64,000 bases of DNA from Candidatus Latescibacterota bacterium (GTDB taxonomy: Bacteria > Latescibacterota > UBA2968 > UBA8231): positions 224,001 to 288,000 of the forward strand of contig OY730476.1 in the NCBI GenBank assembly GCA_963422735.1, written 5' to 3'. This document shows positions 9,408 to 19,412 of the stretch, one piece after another. A program made the translations under genes and the position numbers. Position 1 is the stretch's first letter. Every line of letters begins with the position of its first letter. The notes below the pieces were generated by a model, which made no database searches, had not been told where the DNA came from, and was given only the letters and a program-made list of their open reading frames with translations.

Positions 9408-11912
9408 TCAGTACGCGCTAGCGACGAGTTTGGCAATCGTCGTTTGCCCGCCTTCGGCATCGACCTCCACACCGACCCGACACAGATACAGGCCCGGCGG
9501 CGTCAAGCGGCCCTGATCGTCCCGCCCGTCCCAAGTCAAGCGCTGCACTCCGGCGGCGTGTGCCACCACCGGGGCCGTCTGCCGCACGCGCTGGCCGTCT
9601 AAGCCATACACCTCTAGCACCAACGCCTTGGCACCCTGCACCGCGAACACTGGAAACACCAATTCCACCACGTCGTTGATCCCGTCCCCATTGGGTGTAA
9701 ACGGGTTTGACGACGTGGCCACCTCGCCCAACAGCCCGCCGCTAAATGGGGTCAACACCTGCAAGCTGCGGCCGACGTCGGCATCTACCCGCTGCCACAC
9801 CCGCTCGTCGCCTTCGCCCAGCCCTACCTGCACGGTAAAAGCATTGCTCGCGAGGTAGAGCACACCCGAAAACTGCACCGCGACGAACTCTTCCCCCTCC
9901 GTCACGGGCGCGGATAGCCGCACCCACAGCGAATCGGTCCCGGTCTTTACCCTCGTCACTTGTACGCGCTCCGTGCCCACAACCACTTCCTCCAGATCGA
10001 CCGCTGCCCCAGGCGGCAATATCACTAGTACTTGGTCGAAGCCGCGATTGCCAGCTTGGAACTGCGGCTGCAAAGACAGCGCGAAGACCGTGCGCTCCCC
10101 CCGCTTTTGTGTCTGCCGCGGCTGCACCTCGCCTAGGATCTGGCTGGCCAAGGGCCAATCCAACGCGATGTGTAGCCGGCGCAACAACACCGCTCGGCCG
10201 GGGTCGTCCGAGCGCAGCGTGGCCTCCACTATGGCGTAGCGGCGCGGGCTTGGCGAGGCAATCGGTGCGTCCGTGGCCGAGTAGAACGGACTCCAAGAGC
10301 TCCAGTCGGTGCCGGGAACCACCGAGATGGTCGAATCGCCGCGCTGAAAGCTGAGTAGCTTGCGATATTTGGCCTCGGACACCTCTTTCCCGGCCGTGGT
10401 GAAGTAGTGGATTTCCTCGTTGAGTTGGTTGCCGGTGCGCGTGCGAAATTGCACTTGAGTGCCCGGCGGGGCGTCGGCGGCCCAGTGAATGGAAGACAGG
10501 ATGCGCGGGTCGCTGCCCAACTCCATAGGTGCTGATTGGAGCGTCACTTGCGGGAGAAAGCCGCGACCGTAGATCTGGAGTTCGCGGATGCCGGAATTGG
10601 CCCAATTTGGGACGATGAGTACGCGGTAATCCATCTTGAAGTAGCGCGCCTTGGTGAGCGGAAAGGCATTGTTCTGATAAAAAATGTGGGGAAACAACCC
10701 GCTGAAGCGGCCCGGCTCTTGGTCGGCGGTTTCCCGTGCGGCTAGCCCAACATAGGCCAAGCTGCCGTCCGGGTTGCGCTGCCCATTCGAGAGGTTGATG
10801 GCGTAGTTGGGAAATGCGCCGGTAAAGCCGTGGGCGATGTTTTCGCGGTCAAAGCCGATGACCACTCGGCTGATCCAGAACCAAGTCCCCAAGTCGAAGA
10901 GAAGTTCGCGGTTGAACTCCACGTCAATGTGCTCGCCGCCGCTGACGCCCACTTGCTCGGTCCACACGGTCTTGTAGTCGCCGTCCACGGCCAAGCGCTC
11001 CGTCCCGGTATTGCTCGTACCCCCGATCAACCCACCCCGGTTCAGCGCGCCCAAGCTGATGTTGTCGCCCTCGGTCCACACCTCCACCTCGGCCAGCCTG
11101 GGCCGCTCCCGTCGATGGTACTGAACCGGGCCGGCGCGCGATTCGCTCAGCTCTGCGTGTTGGGCTTGGTCGATCTGCCGCAAAATGCCCGAGGACTCGC
11201 GCAAGAAGTAGAGCACATCGCCGCGCTCTTCCTCCAGCAAGCTGTTCCAGCGGGTCTCGCTAACTTCGTGCCCTTGGCCTCGCCCACTGGCCGTGGCCAC
11301 GATCTGGACGAACTGGAACATGTCGCCGACAAAGCCTGTGTCCGCTTCCTGAGAGGGCTTCAGGTCAAACTCGAAGACGCGCTGGGTTTTGTTCAACCCT
11401 TCGCTGCGGCCGGCCTGCGCGAAGCGGAGTGCCTTGCTTTGGGAGAAAGCCGGGAGGCCGTTGGACGTGAGTACCTTGAACTGTAGGAAAGGGTCACCTA
11501 GGCCTTCTGGGGCGAATTTCACCACGATTTTGCGCGCCCAGACCAAGCGGCCCAGGTCGATCTCGACCCACCAATCGCGGAGGGACGCGCCCAAGTCTGG
11601 CTCCCAGAAAGTATCCTCTTGGCCGTCTATGACATTCGCAGCCTCGGCCAAGTTTGCGCCCGCCGCCCTGACCCCGCCCTGCCCATCTTCGCCGTACACA
11701 AAGTTTGGGGCGTCTAGCGCGGCGTTGATTTGCTCGCGGATGAAGTTCGGCCGCACCCCTTCCGGGCCGAATTGCACCGTGCCTGCGGCTACCTCCCATT
11801 CCGCCCAGTCGCTCTCGTCAACGGCGACCCGGTCCGATTCGATGCGGTATCCTTGGGGCCACGCCGCAGGGGCGATCAGCAGGGCGCAGACAACGAGCCG
11901 CAACCAAGTCAC
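9408..11912 (-). CDS. Secreted discoidin-like/FTPNGDG-FlgD-Ig protein (paralog 2)
   Basis: Collinear with paralog 1 over its full length; GTG start at 11912 overlaps the upstream TGA. Confidence 0.85.
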   Translation of the reverse strand: MTWLRLVVCALLIAPAAWPQGYRIESDRVAVDESDWAEWEVAAGTVQFGPEGVRPNFIREQINAALDAPNFVYGEDGQGGVRAAGANLAEAANVIDGQEDTFWEPDLGASLRDWWVEIDLGRLVWARKIVVKFAPEGLGDPFLQFKVLTSNGLPAFSQSKALRFAQAGRSEGLNKTQRVFEFDLKPSQEADTGFVGDMFQFVQIVATASGRGQGHEVSETRWNSLLEEERGDVLYFLRESSGILRQIDQAQHAELSESRAGPVQYHRRERPRLAEVEVWTEGDNISLGALNRGGLIGGTSNTGTERLAVDGDYKTVWTEQVGVSGGEHIDVEFNRELLFDLGTWFWISRVVIGFDRENIAHGFTGAFPNYAINLSNGQRNPDGSLAYVGLAARETADQEPGRFSGLFPHIFYQNNAFPLTKARYFKMDYRVLIVPNWANSGIRELQIYGRGFLPQVTLQSAPMELGSDPRILSSIHWAADAPPGTQVQFRTRTGNQLNEEIHYFTTAGKEVSEAKYRKLLSFQRGDSTISVVPGTDWSSWSPFYSATDAPIASPSPRRYAIVEATLRSDDPGRAVLLRRLHIALDWPLASQILGEVQPRQTQKRGERTVFALSLQPQFQAGNRGFDQVLVILPPGAAVDLEEVVVGTERVQVTRVKTGTDSLWVRLSAPVTEGEEFVAVQFSGVLYLASNAFTVQVGLGEGDERVWQRVDADVGRSLQVLTPFSGGLLGEVATSSNPFTPNGDGINDVVELVFPVFAVQGAKALVLEVYGLDGQRVRQTAPVVAHAAGVQRLTWDGRDDQGRLTPPGLYLCRVGVEVDAEGGQTTIAKLVASAY

Positions 11913-12613
11913 GCGAGCCTTTCCTCCCCTACCTGCTGGCACGCAGCGATGAATTCCTCGGCCGTGGTAGTATAACCGATCAGATGTTCAAAGTTGCGCA
12001 GCGTGATCCGGTTGATCCAACCGCCCTCCGGCAAGCTATCGTCTAGCGTATCTGGCATCTCGATCTCACCGGGGGCGTTTGAACAATCGCGCAAGAGAAT
12101 GACGCGGTAATTCCTCCCTACAGCTTCGGCGCAGGTGTAGTGCAAGCAGGCCCGCCGGCTGTAGCCAACCACGAACAGCGTCTTAATGCCATAGCTGCGC
12201 AAGTGCTGGTCCAAGAAGGTGTCGTGGAAGCCGCTCCAGATCCACTTGGGGAAATTGCGCTCGCCCTCGCGAGGGGCCACGCAGTCGAGGTATTCGGGTT
12301 TGTATTCTTGCCGCGACCAGCTTGCAATACCATTGCCTCCCTTGGTCTTGCCCCAGATCTCGCCCACGATGTTGCCCGGGTCGGCCACTAGGCGCAGATC
12401 GTTGTGGACGTAGTTGACCAGCATCCCGCTGTTGCGGGCGGCTTGCAAAGCCGGGGCGATGAAGTTCTTGGTCGTTGGATTGGGCGAGTGCCCATCAACA
12501 TCTACCAAGAGAAAGGCGCACTCGGCGAACTTCAAGGTCAGGGGTTCGTACCCGTAGTCGTACCCGCCGGGATAATCCTTGTAATAGCGAATGGGGATTT
12601 GGATGTTGGCCAT
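11909..12613 (-). CDS. Isochorismatase-family cysteine hydrolase
   Basis: FLLVDV, FPKWIWSGFHDTFLDQHLRSYGIKTLFVVG...ACL, YRVILLRDC. Confidence 0.85.
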   Translation of the reverse strand: MANIQIPIRYYKDYPGGYDYGYEPLTLKFAECAFLLVDVDGHSPNPTTKNFIAPALQAARNSGMLVNYVHNDLRLVADPGNIVGEIWGKTKGGNGIASWSRQEYKPEYLDCVAPREGERNFPKWIWSGFHDTFLDQHLRSYGIKTLFVVGYSRRACLHYTCAEAVGRNYRVILLRDCSNAPGEIEMPDTLDDSLPEGGWINRITLRNFEHLIGYTTTAEEFIAACQQVGEERLA

Positions 12614-12628
12614 AGGGGCCTCCTTTTG

Positions 12629-12682
12629 TTAGTGGTTAGTGGTTAGTGGTTAGTGGTTAGTGGTTAGTGGTTAGTGGTTAGT
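12629..12682. repeat. (TTAGTGG)x7.7
   Basis: 7 full units plus TTAGT. Confidence 0.97.
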
Positions 12683-12714
12683 CCCCGCGCCGCCCCTAGG
12701 GATCCCTAAATAAG

Positions 12715-12768
12715 TCACTGATCACTGATCACTGATCACTGATCACTGATCACTGATCACTGATCACT
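12715..12768. repeat. (TCACTGA)x7.7
   Basis: 7 full units plus TCACT; imperfect inverse of the preceding array. Confidence 0.97.
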
Positions 12769-12773
12769 CGCCA

Positions 12774-14675
12774 CTAATAAACCACCGCGACGGTTCCCGC
12801 TAGCTGATCGCCGCCTTTTTCCGACTCTACCGATATGCGATAAACGTACAGGCCCGGGGGCACCCGCTCGCCGCTTTCGTCCCGGCCATCCCAAGCAAAG
12901 CGCAAGTCGCCGCTGTGCTGCTGCCCGTCGTGGATTACCCGCAGCGAGCGGCCGGACAGGTCGAAGACCGCAAGGCGCAAAGGCACCTCTTGAGTTACCT
13001 GCAACAGCTTGAAAGAGAAGTGGATCTGCTCGTTTACCCCGTCGCCATTGGGGGTGGCAATTTTCGGCTGCACCGCTAGATCGTCCAGTAGGCGACGAGA
13101 AATCGAGGTGCGGACCGTGAGCACCTCGCTTGCTATCTCACTGGCCGCATTGCCGCGATTGATGGGTTGCGCCAGCTCTAAAGGGCGCTGTGAGTCTCGC
13201 ACCCAACCGCGAAAGGTCGTGCCGTAGCGCAGCACCGGAGCGCGGAAGAACACTTCGATCACTCCGCCGGAATCCTCGGATGTGCGAGGGGGAAACAAGG
13301 CGACCGAGAAGCGCAGCGAATCCGGCTCGACGTGCACGGCGAAGCTGTCTAAGCCGGTGGCTTGGACCGAATCCACGCCAGTCACGCCAAAGGGCGCGGC
13401 GATTTCCACCCCGTCAAAACCAGAGTGCTGTGCGCGGATGATGGGCTGAATGGCATACCTGAACGACGCGATCTCGCCCAAGGTGACTTCAGGGGGGTAT
13501 ATTTCGCCCAGCACCTCCTCGGCGAGAGGCGGCTTGGTCGCCGAGAATTCGATGAACTCTAGCTCGCCGCCTTCGCTGCCTACGGGCAAAAAATCGACCC
13601 GCAGTTGAAAGACTGAATTGGGACCGGGCGAGGCTATGGAAGTTCCGCTGCTGTCGGCGAAAGTGTATGGCGACGACCAGAAGCTCCAGTTGTCAATGTC
13701 GTAGGTGATTTCGCCGGCCTCGCCCGGTTTGAGGAAGAGATAGTCCGCCGCGTCGAGGGGTTGGCCCGCTTCGTCGAGCGATGTCACTTCATCGCCCCGG
13801 CCAGTGAAGCGCCAATACACGTTTGGATCGAGATCCTTCCCGGCCCGCGATTGGATCCAGACGCGGGCGCGGGGATCCTTGCGGCCTCGCCAGCGAATGT
13901 CGCCCCACACGGCCGGCTCGCCGAGGTCGATAAACGGGCCGACGTACGAGGCTTGGTGCGCGTAACCTACGCCATAGACCTCTACTTCGCCGATGTGCAG
14001 GGCCTTGGGCGACGCTCGGTAGAGCAACAGGCCCACGCTGCGGGCGAGGGCTGGGGGAAAGCGCACGTCTATGGTGTCCTGCACGTTTTCAGGTAGCTCA
14101 AAGACGATATGGCCGCCGACGCGGGCGGCACCATACCCCGATACGTTGTCTTTCTTCTGTACGCCGAGGTCGGCGGTCACGTCCAACTTGTCGGGATACA
14201 GGCCGCTCTCGGCGGCGACGATCCGCACCCGGTTCACAAAGAACAGGCCGCCGAGGTCCATGGTGATGCGCCGCGTCTCCAAGTAGCGCTGGCCCGTGAA
14301 CCGGCTCTGAATGCCCTCCACCCATTCCCAGAACGTCGCGGGATCGGCGTCGATCATGTTCTTGGAGCGATCGGTGATGGAATAGCTCGCTACCCCGCTC
14401 ACCCGCACGTAAGGCCCCGCGTTCCGCTCGGCACTGGTGAGAGCGATATTGGTCGCCGGCGTCAAAAAGATCGGCCGCAGCGTTCCGGCGGTGAGGGCCT
14501 CGGTGTCGAGACTTTGCTCCTCCTCGAAGTCGCTCCAAGACAATTGATGGAAGTTCACCTCGGCCTCGCTCGGGCGGGGCAGGTCCTCGCCGCCGATGCG
14601 GTAAATTTCCACGGCTCCGCCTCTTCCCAGCGAGAGCCCCGCGAGCACGAGGGCCAGTAGCGTCCTTTTTCTCAT
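12774..14675 (-). CDS. Secreted discoidin-like/TPNGDG-FlgD-Ig protein (paralog 3)
   Basis: Start re-set to MRKRTLLALVLAG (14675); MIDADPATFW, MDLGG, WSFWSSPY, ATPNGDGVNE, WDGRD..G..VPPGLY. Confidence 0.85.
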   Translation of the reverse strand: MRKRTLLALVLAGLSLGRGGAVEIYRIGGEDLPRPSEAEVNFHQLSWSDFEEEQSLDTEALTAGTLRPIFLTPATNIALTSAERNAGPYVRVSGVASYSITDRSKNMIDADPATFWEWVEGIQSRFTGQRYLETRRITMDLGGLFFVNRVRIVAAESGLYPDKLDVTADLGVQKKDNVSGYGAARVGGHIVFELPENVQDTIDVRFPPALARSVGLLLYRASPKALHIGEVEVYGVGYAHQASYVGPFIDLGEPAVWGDIRWRGRKDPRARVWIQSRAGKDLDPNVYWRFTGRGDEVTSLDEAGQPLDAADYLFLKPGEAGEITYDIDNWSFWSSPYTFADSSGTSIASPGPNSVFQLRVDFLPVGSEGGELEFIEFSATKPPLAEEVLGEIYPPEVTLGEIASFRYAIQPIIRAQHSGFDGVEIAAPFGVTGVDSVQATGLDSFAVHVEPDSLRFSVALFPPRTSEDSGGVIEVFFRAPVLRYGTTFRGWVRDSQRPLELAQPINRGNAASEIASEVLTVRTSISRRLLDDLAVQPKIATPNGDGVNEQIHFSFKLLQVTQEVPLRLAVFDLSGRSLRVIHDGQQHSGDLRFAWDGRDESGERVPPGLYVYRISVESEKGGDQLAGTVAVVY

Positions 14676-14719
14676 GGCGTCTGCCTTAAAAATGATAGCT
14701 AATTGTTTTGAAAGCCCCC

Positions 14720-17416
14720 TTAGTCGAGCCCGGCATAGACCGTCACAAACTGGGATGCGCCGGTGAAAGCGTCCTCTCCCTTGCGGTCGATGCGGCTGAC
14801 GCGCAGGCCCATCTGAGTGGTCAAACTGTATCCTAAATACGCGCCGGTGTTGGAGTACTGGATGGCGAGAACCGTCTCTCGGTAGTCTGGTTGCAAGCCC
14901 AAGGCCCGCACTTTTTCCGCGTCTTCGAGCTGGCTGAATATGGTGTATTCCAACCCGGCCCTCAGTTCGGAACTGGTCAGGATGGCGACCTCGCCGATCA
15001 AGAACAAGAGCAGGGCGTTTTCCTTGCGCACGGGATCGTTGCTCAGCAGCGGTGCTTCGCGGCGGTGTTCGTTCTTGACCTTGGGTGCCAACACCACGCG
15101 GCCGATCGCACGCCGGTACTCGGCCTTGTTGATCAGGCCGAAGAACTGGAAGTTTTCGCGCACGTCCGGCTGCTCGTCGTTTTGGTGCCAGATGTCGTAT
15201 TTCAGCTTGTTGGTGAAAGTCAGGCCGGGTATAGCGGTGTAATCGAAACTGACAAATGCGGAATTGATATAGGTGTTGAGCGCGGCCAAGGGGTCTTCTA
15301 TGCGCTGCAACGCGCCCGGGGCACCGGTCGGCTGCACCCACTGGACGACATTGTCGGCAATCTCGTCCTCGACTCGCTTGAACATGTCGAAGATGCGGAG
15401 CCGACCCACGCCGGCCATGTCTTTGTCCCAGGTAACAACTCCGTACGCGGTTTGTTCGCGCTTCTTGGCCGAGAGCATGCGCTCCTGTTTGTAGCCTGCG
15501 GTCAGCCGCATCTCGGGCGTGAGATGTATCCCGACATACACATTGTAGCCTCGGCGGTTGCGGTCGTATGGATAATCCGGGTCTTCGTCGTTTTCAAAGC
15601 GGTCAATCCAGAAGTTGTTGTTCATGTCCATGCCAAACAGAAACTCCGGGCGATCTACGTGGTATCGCAGGAAAGGCTCCTCGTAGTCGGGGACGAAGTT
15701 CGGCCGGAACTCGTTGTCGTTTTGGTTGAAATCAGAGATGAAGTCGAGGTTTTCGTCCCACCCGGGGAAAATCCGCAAATCCGGCCCGAACTGGTTGAGA
15801 CGCAGCCAGTCGGGGATGCGGTCTTGGTCGTCGTTGTCATCGACCCACTCATAAAAATTGGTCGTTGGATCTGTGTAGTCGATGTCGCCCGAGGGCGAGG
15901 CAATCAGGCTGGTGGTGCCGTAGTTGTAATCCATGCTATAGGTCTCGGCAAAGAGAAAATAGGGATAGCTCTTCTTCGACAGATTGACCATATAGGCATT
16001 GGCTTGATCTGCAGCCGTGTGGTGGGTCGCAAAAGCGCGGTTCGGGTATTTGCGATAGTGCCGACTGCGGTCGAATTCCGCGTACAGATCAAAACCCAGC
16101 ACGCCCCGTGCCTCCAAGGTAAACCCGTAGATGTCGTTCCCGGTAGGCAGGCCGTAGTCGAGGCGCATAAGCCCCAAGTTGGAGCCGTCCTGTACATTGC
16201 CAGCCGCCCGCTTGGCCGTCAGAAAAACGGGCTGGCCTTCGGGTATGTTGAGCTGGCGATCCGAGCTCATTTCGATGTGGTAGTCGTTGGCCACTACCAA
16301 CTCGATCTGCGCGCGGCGAATGGTCGAAAGCTCCGGGCCGGTGTACGACGGGGAGCGGAAGTCGTAGGTCATTTCGATTCGTTCGTCGCCATCGGCCGCG
16401 AGGAATCCGAGGCGTTGTAAGCCGCCATCGATGATCGGCTCAAAGCCGATTTGACTGCCCCGCACCGTCTCTTTCTCGACCTCGACGACGCGCTCGCCTT
16501 GTTCTGTCTCGCGCGCTACCTCGGTCTCGGATTCAATGATGATGTCCCACGAAAAAAGAGCCGCCCCACCCTCGCGATCTTCGGGCGAATCATCGCTCAG
16601 GCGGATGAAAATTTGCCCGATGTGCTCTAGATTTTGCCCAACCGTCAGCGAACCGGTCCACGGGTTGCCCTCGAAGCTCTCCAACAGGGTTTGCGAGTTG
16701 TGGGCGTTGATATAGAGGCCGCCTACCTCGACAAAGTCGCCGATCTGCGTCGTGCCGTAGAAGCCCAACAGGTTGGTGCTATTGGTGGTTTCAACCGACA
16801 CGCTCCGCGCCAGCCCCGGAGAGCTAATCCGCGACATCAAGAAGGTCAGGCTGTACTTGTCGGACTGAAAGTCGGCTTGGATGCCGTCGAAGGCCGGCTT
16901 GGAGAACGTCATCGGCGTTAGCGTGGTGCGGATCTTACTGCCGATGGTCAGGGCCAAGTTGTTTTGTCCCTTCTGGTCGGAAGCAATGACGAGCTCGTTG
17001 AACCACCCGCTGAACCTAGAGGTCTTGAAGACCGTGCTACCAAACTGCTGGGGCTGATTCTGGCTCCAGTCGTAGATGAGCCAGCCGCGGTTGATAAAAG
17101 ATCCATAGAGGTCGTAAAAATAATCGCCCTCTATGTCGCTGGAGACGTAGCGCTGGTACAGGTCGCGGGCGTAGTTGGTGTATTCCCATTGTTTCCAGCC
17201 GTAGAGCTGGTATAGCTCCTGGGGCGCGTACCAACGCCGCACGGCCGGGTCTAAGGCGTCGAAAAGCACCCCCGGCCCCACGGGTTCATACGAGACCTCG
17301 CCGCCTTGCTGCACCCCCAACCTACTGCCGTAATCTTCCCTTCCCTGAGCCTCAATATCGCCGCCCGTCGCCGCGGCAATCAGGGCTGTCAGTAAAAGCA
17401 AGTTTCGTCTGGCCAC
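14720..17416 (-). CDS. Large secreted protein, probable outer-membrane beta-rich protein
   Basis: Signal peptide; amphipathic aromatic-rich strands in the C-terminal third; DDNDDQD and DENLDFISDFNQNDN acidic motifs. Confidence 0.7.
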   Translation of the reverse strand: MARRNLLLLTALIAAATGGDIEAQGREDYGSRLGVQQGGEVSYEPVGPGVLFDALDPAVRRWYAPQELYQLYGWKQWEYTNYARDLYQRYVSSDIEGDYFYDLYGSFINRGWLIYDWSQNQPQQFGSTVFKTSRFSGWFNELVIASDQKGQNNLALTIGSKIRTTLTPMTFSKPAFDGIQADFQSDKYSLTFLMSRISSPGLARSVSVETTNSTNLLGFYGTTQIGDFVEVGGLYINAHNSQTLLESFEGNPWTGSLTVGQNLEHIGQIFIRLSDDSPEDREGGAALFSWDIIIESETEVARETEQGERVVEVEKETVRGSQIGFEPIIDGGLQRLGFLAADGDERIEMTYDFRSPSYTGPELSTIRRAQIELVVANDYHIEMSSDRQLNIPEGQPVFLTAKRAAGNVQDGSNLGLMRLDYGLPTGNDIYGFTLEARGVLGFDLYAEFDRSRHYRKYPNRAFATHHTAADQANAYMVNLSKKSYPYFLFAETYSMDYNYGTTSLIASPSGDIDYTDPTTNFYEWVDDNDDQDRIPDWLRLNQFGPDLRIFPGWDENLDFISDFNQNDNEFRPNFVPDYEEPFLRYHVDRPEFLFGMDMNNNFWIDRFENDEDPDYPYDRNRRGYNVYVGIHLTPEMRLTAGYKQERMLSAKKREQTAYGVVTWDKDMAGVGRLRIFDMFKRVEDEIADNVVQWVQPTGAPGALQRIEDPLAALNTYINSAFVSFDYTAIPGLTFTNKLKYDIWHQNDEQPDVRENFQFFGLINKAEYRRAIGRVVLAPKVKNEHRREAPLLSNDPVRKENALLLFLIGEVAILTSSELRAGLEYTIFSQLEDAEKVRALGLQPDYRETVLAIQYSNTGAYLGYSLTTQMGLRVSRIDRKGEDAFTGASQFVTVYAGLD

Positions 17417-17429
17417 AAAACACTCCTTG

Positions 17430-19154
17430 TCAATAGGCGATGGCCACCGCGCTACTGCTGCGCTCGGTGCCGCTGTCGGTCTCCACTTCGACTTGCAGGA
17501 TGTAAAGCCCTAAAGGCAGTAGTTCGCCCTGTGCATCTCGGCCATCCCAAGGGAGTTGGAATCGCCCGCTCTTGCTGCCAGCCGCTGGCAGCTCTGCGAC
17601 CTGATTGTGTGCTAAGTCGTAGATCCGCAGTGCAACCGGCGCTCGGCCCGTCAGATAGAGCAGATCGTAGCTGATCGTCGTGTAATCGTTGATTCCGTCG
17701 CCGTTGGGCGTAAACATGGCCGGCGTTGCGGACACCCGATGCACCAAGCGCTGGCCCTTCAAGGGCACTCGCACGCTCAGATCGTCTCCCGCAAAGAGGA
17801 GAGCGGCGTTGCCGCTTTCGATCGCTTGCGGCAGCGCGCCCTCTCGCGTGGTGTCGAGCAGGCGTCCGGTAAACACGGTCTCATAGCGCAGCACGGCCGT
17901 GTCGAAAACCACTTGCAGGGCGCGATTGCCGATCTGGCGCACAAAGCTGGCCCGCAGACCGTTGGCCCCTAGTTCCTCGCTGAACTCGATCTCTTGGCCA
18001 TCTACGCGCAACTCGCGCAGGGCGCGGACCGGGGCCGTAGTGTCGATTTCCAAGCGGTCGAATCCCCGGGCGTCCGTCACCTCGATGGTATAGACGAAAC
18101 TCGTATCCACGCCTACGGGGACCTCCTGTGGCCATATCTCGCCGATTATCGACTGCGCCAAGGCCGGGCGAAAGACCTCGAAAGCGAGTGAATCCACGGC
18201 CATGCCATCTTCGAGTCCATCGCTTGCAAACGCCATGCTGAATTGGAAATAGCGGCGCGGTGCCGGCGAGAGGATCGGATCGCCGCTGCTCCGATAGGGA
18301 GTGGACCAAGGGCTCCAGCTAGCAGGCTCGTCGTCCGGCGAGGGGCGGCTGCCGCTGCGGGTGCGAATGACGAGCCGCGACCGCTGCGGCAAGCCCATTT
18401 GCTCGGTGGCCCATTGCAGCCGGCCCCACAGCGCATCCTGCTCCATGTCGAAGACCTCGGACAGGTAATCCGCCTCGGGCACGAACCCGCTGCCAAAAAT
18501 TTCCAGTTCGTCGATTTCCCAATTGAACCGCTGCGTGGATTCCAAGCGGATATAGCGCACGTATTGCAAGGGAAATCGCACATCGATGGTGTCGCGGCTA
18601 TTACTGCCGTCTTGGGCCGTGACCGTGAGCAAGGTCTTGTCCGGCAGCTTCTCGACTGAGGCGGCCACGATATCTGCGCCGAATGCGCCGTCGTTGATGG
18701 AAAGCACGTAGCCTTTCATAAAGTCGCTCTTGAAGGCTCGGCGCGGAAAGAAGCGAATGTGATTGACGCCAAATCGAGCGCCTAAATCGAAGACTAGGAG
18801 GATTCCGGTGGCCACCACGTTCTTGGCCTCAAAAGCCGTGTCTATATCGCCGTCCACCATGCTGTGTAAACGCTCTTCGAGCACGGCTGAGGTCAGGCGC
18901 AAAACGGCCTGGGCGTTGGGCGAAGTCACCCGGCCGCCGCGCTCGAGGATCCCGGCGGCGATATTGGTGTTTTCCGCCACGCTGCGGGGCTGGATCCAAC
19001 CGGCGCGGGAGCCAAAGTCGATGACCGGTGCGGATGCGGCCGCCTCCTGCCAAGTCGCGCCGCTTCCGCTGCCCCCGATCACGATATTTTCCGTCGCTAG
19101 GGCCGCCGCAGCGAGCAACCCCACTAGGGCCAAGGCATTGCGCTGTCTGCTCAT
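17430..19154 (-). CDS. Secreted discoidin-like/FTPNGDG-FlgD-Ig protein (paralog 4)
   Basis: Likely start MSRQRNALALVGLLAAAALA (19154); MVDGDIDT, FDLG, WSPWSTPY, FTPNGDGIND, WDGRD. Confidence 0.85.
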   Translation of the reverse strand: MSRQRNALALVGLLAAAALATENIVIGGSGSGATWQEAAASAPVIDFGSRAGWIQPRSVAENTNIAAGILERGGRVTSPNAQAVLRLTSAVLEERLHSMVDGDIDTAFEAKNVVATGILLVFDLGARFGVNHIRFFPRRAFKSDFMKGYVLSINDGAFGADIVAASVEKLPDKTLLTVTAQDGSNSRDTIDVRFPLQYVRYIRLESTQRFNWEIDELEIFGSGFVPEADYLSEVFDMEQDALWGRLQWATEQMGLPQRSRLVIRTRSGSRPSPDDEPASWSPWSTPYRSSGDPILSPAPRRYFQFSMAFASDGLEDGMAVDSLAFEVFRPALAQSIIGEIWPQEVPVGVDTSFVYTIEVTDARGFDRLEIDTTAPVRALRELRVDGQEIEFSEELGANGLRASFVRQIGNRALQVVFDTAVLRYETVFTGRLLDTTREGALPQAIESGNAALLFAGDDLSVRVPLKGQRLVHRVSATPAMFTPNGDGINDYTTISYDLLYLTGRAPVALRIYDLAHNQVAELPAAGSKSGRFQLPWDGRDAQGELLPLGLYILQVEVETDSGTERSSSAVAIAY

Positions 19155-19412
19155 ATCGCCTTTTGGGAGAGTTGCGCCCCGGCCGGTCTTGCCCAGCCAA
19201 GGCGGGTCAATCAGGTTCAGCATCTTCGACAGGATGGTTACCAGCAAGCCTGCCATCCCGAATTGAATGCCGATAATCCAGCGGAGCGATGTTCGCATAT
19301 CCGCCTGGGTGTGCTCGATATCTTCCAAGCGGCGGTCTAACTGCTCGGCGATGCCTTCCAGCCGTCCAATGCGCCGATCATGGTCTTGAGCTTGGGTAAT
19401 CGGTTCGCTCAT
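19155..19412 (-). CDS. Small coiled-coil plus C-terminal TM protein (DUF1640/XhlA-like), in frame with the downstream gene
   Basis: RRIGRLEGIAEQLDRRLEDIE...LRWIIGIQFGMAGLLVTIL; no stop before 19154. Confidence 0.55.

Noticed and set aside
2273-11912. Diversity-generating retroelement template/variable repeat pair between paralog tails
   Set aside because: No reverse transcriptase in the window; both copies are coding; differences are not adenine-specific
14676-15341. N-terminal 222 aa of the 855-aa ORF call
   Set aside because: It overlaps the 898-aa gene in another frame; the signal peptide starts at 14675
14891-16420. 509-aa + strand ORF and similar long antisense ORFs
   Set aside because: Shadow ORFs of GC-rich coding genes with no motifs of their own
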